64,000 nt of DNA, taken from Eledone cirrhosa (lineage: Eukaryota). The stretch's first letter is position 1. Each line of letters starts with the position of its first letter. The notes below the pieces were generated by a model, which saw nothing but the letters and a program-made list of their open reading frames with translations, had not been told where the DNA came from and searched no databases. The translations under genes were made by a program, and so were the position numbers. Shown here piece after piece: positions 63,061 to 64,000 of the stretch. Location of the stretch: the NCBI GenBank assembly GCA_964016885.1, contig OZ024740.1, forward strand, positions 408,642,001 through 408,706,000. Reading direction: 5' to 3'.

Positions 63061-63628
63061 CTAGCATAGACTAGTGTATATACTGATATTGTTGAGATTT
63101 GGATGAGAAATATTTTCGGCACCACATGTTCACCGTCTCTCGGTGTGTCTTTTATGCATGTATAAATATATATGTTATCTATACGGTGAAATCTTTGAAA
63201 TAAATATATGTTAAAACGAAAAAGGAGAAAAAGAGATTAGTGACGGAAATATAAACGTTATGATATAACGATGGAAATATATCTTCAAATGGTCCTTGGC
63301 ATGGTGTCAAGTCAGAACCGCCTCGAACTGGTTACTTCTGGCTTGTGCAAGGTGTCTCTATAGCAACCAGCGATTCCCTCGGCCTCAGTGACCAAAGTCA
63401 GTGGAGAGGGGAAGGTAATGTTTCTATAGCGACAGTGTTTCTCTTGCTAGCACCAAAGTGGAGAAAGGAAGGGGAAGGTAATATTTCTGTAGCACCTACA
63501 TTTGAGTTTTAGGGAAGGACAGACAGACAGACAGACAAACAGAGAAATGCCCATATATTTCTGTGTGTGTATATATATATATACATATATATATATATTA
63601 CACACACAGAAATGTATATATATATTTC

Positions 63629-63673
<45 letters not shown>

Positions 63674-63821
63674 CACACACAGAAATGTATATATATTTCT
63701 TAGAACAAAATTATTATTAATGTTTTGCTGTTCATAACAATTGGAATTGAAAAATTACTTTTGAAATTATTAGTTATTTTACTAATGCTTAGATATGTAA
63801 AAATGAAGCAATGTTTCTAAT

Positions 63822-64000
63822 AATTGTTTCTACTTTTGGCACAAGGCCAGCAATTACCCAGTACATTACTGGTACTTTATTTTATCGACCCCGTGAGGAT
63901 GAAAGGCGAAGTTAACCTCGACGGTATTTGAACTCAGACCGTAAAGGGACGTAACTCCATGCTATGAAGCATGGTGTCCGACTCTCTACAGATTCTGCCA
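63822..64000 (-). mobile_element. tRNA-derived SINE (5' end at the window edge)
   Basis: Family tail, core and B-box in reverse complement. Confidence 0.9.

Overview
AT-rich, microsatellite-dense eukaryotic DNA with no recognisable host gene, RNA gene or CRISPR array. The dominant tRNA-derived SINE and overall repeat make-up suggest an octopod cephalopod (inference from recalled repeat similarity, not a database search). The window is a nested transposon landscape. It holds about eight L1/Tx1-type LINE copies, one of them a decayed full-length 5.9 kb element, plus RTE, CRE and R4/Dong LINE fragments and two kinds of Penelope-like element (PLE). It also holds roughly 20 SINE copies or pieces, hAT, mariner and Helitron derivatives, and a Gypsy remnant. 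Main points: (1) several hammerhead ribozyme motifs in tandem or inverted non-coding units resembling retrozymes or PLE pseudo-LTRs, two families with a U3-A8 covariant core; (2) an apparent L1/Tx1-SINE partnership with a shared 3' end, shared (TAA)n targeting and a TSD-flanked SINE/LINE chimera; (3) conserved cis-signals in the LINEs, namely a 5'UTR hairpin and a splice-donor consensus on the ORF1 stop; (4) a PLE with an in-frame duplicated GIY-YIG domain; (5) an 8.3 kb hAT shell with intact TIRs and TSD filled with nested repeats; (6) a degenerate HDV-like ribozyme candidate. All alignments and folds were done by eye; ends of decayed elements are approximate.
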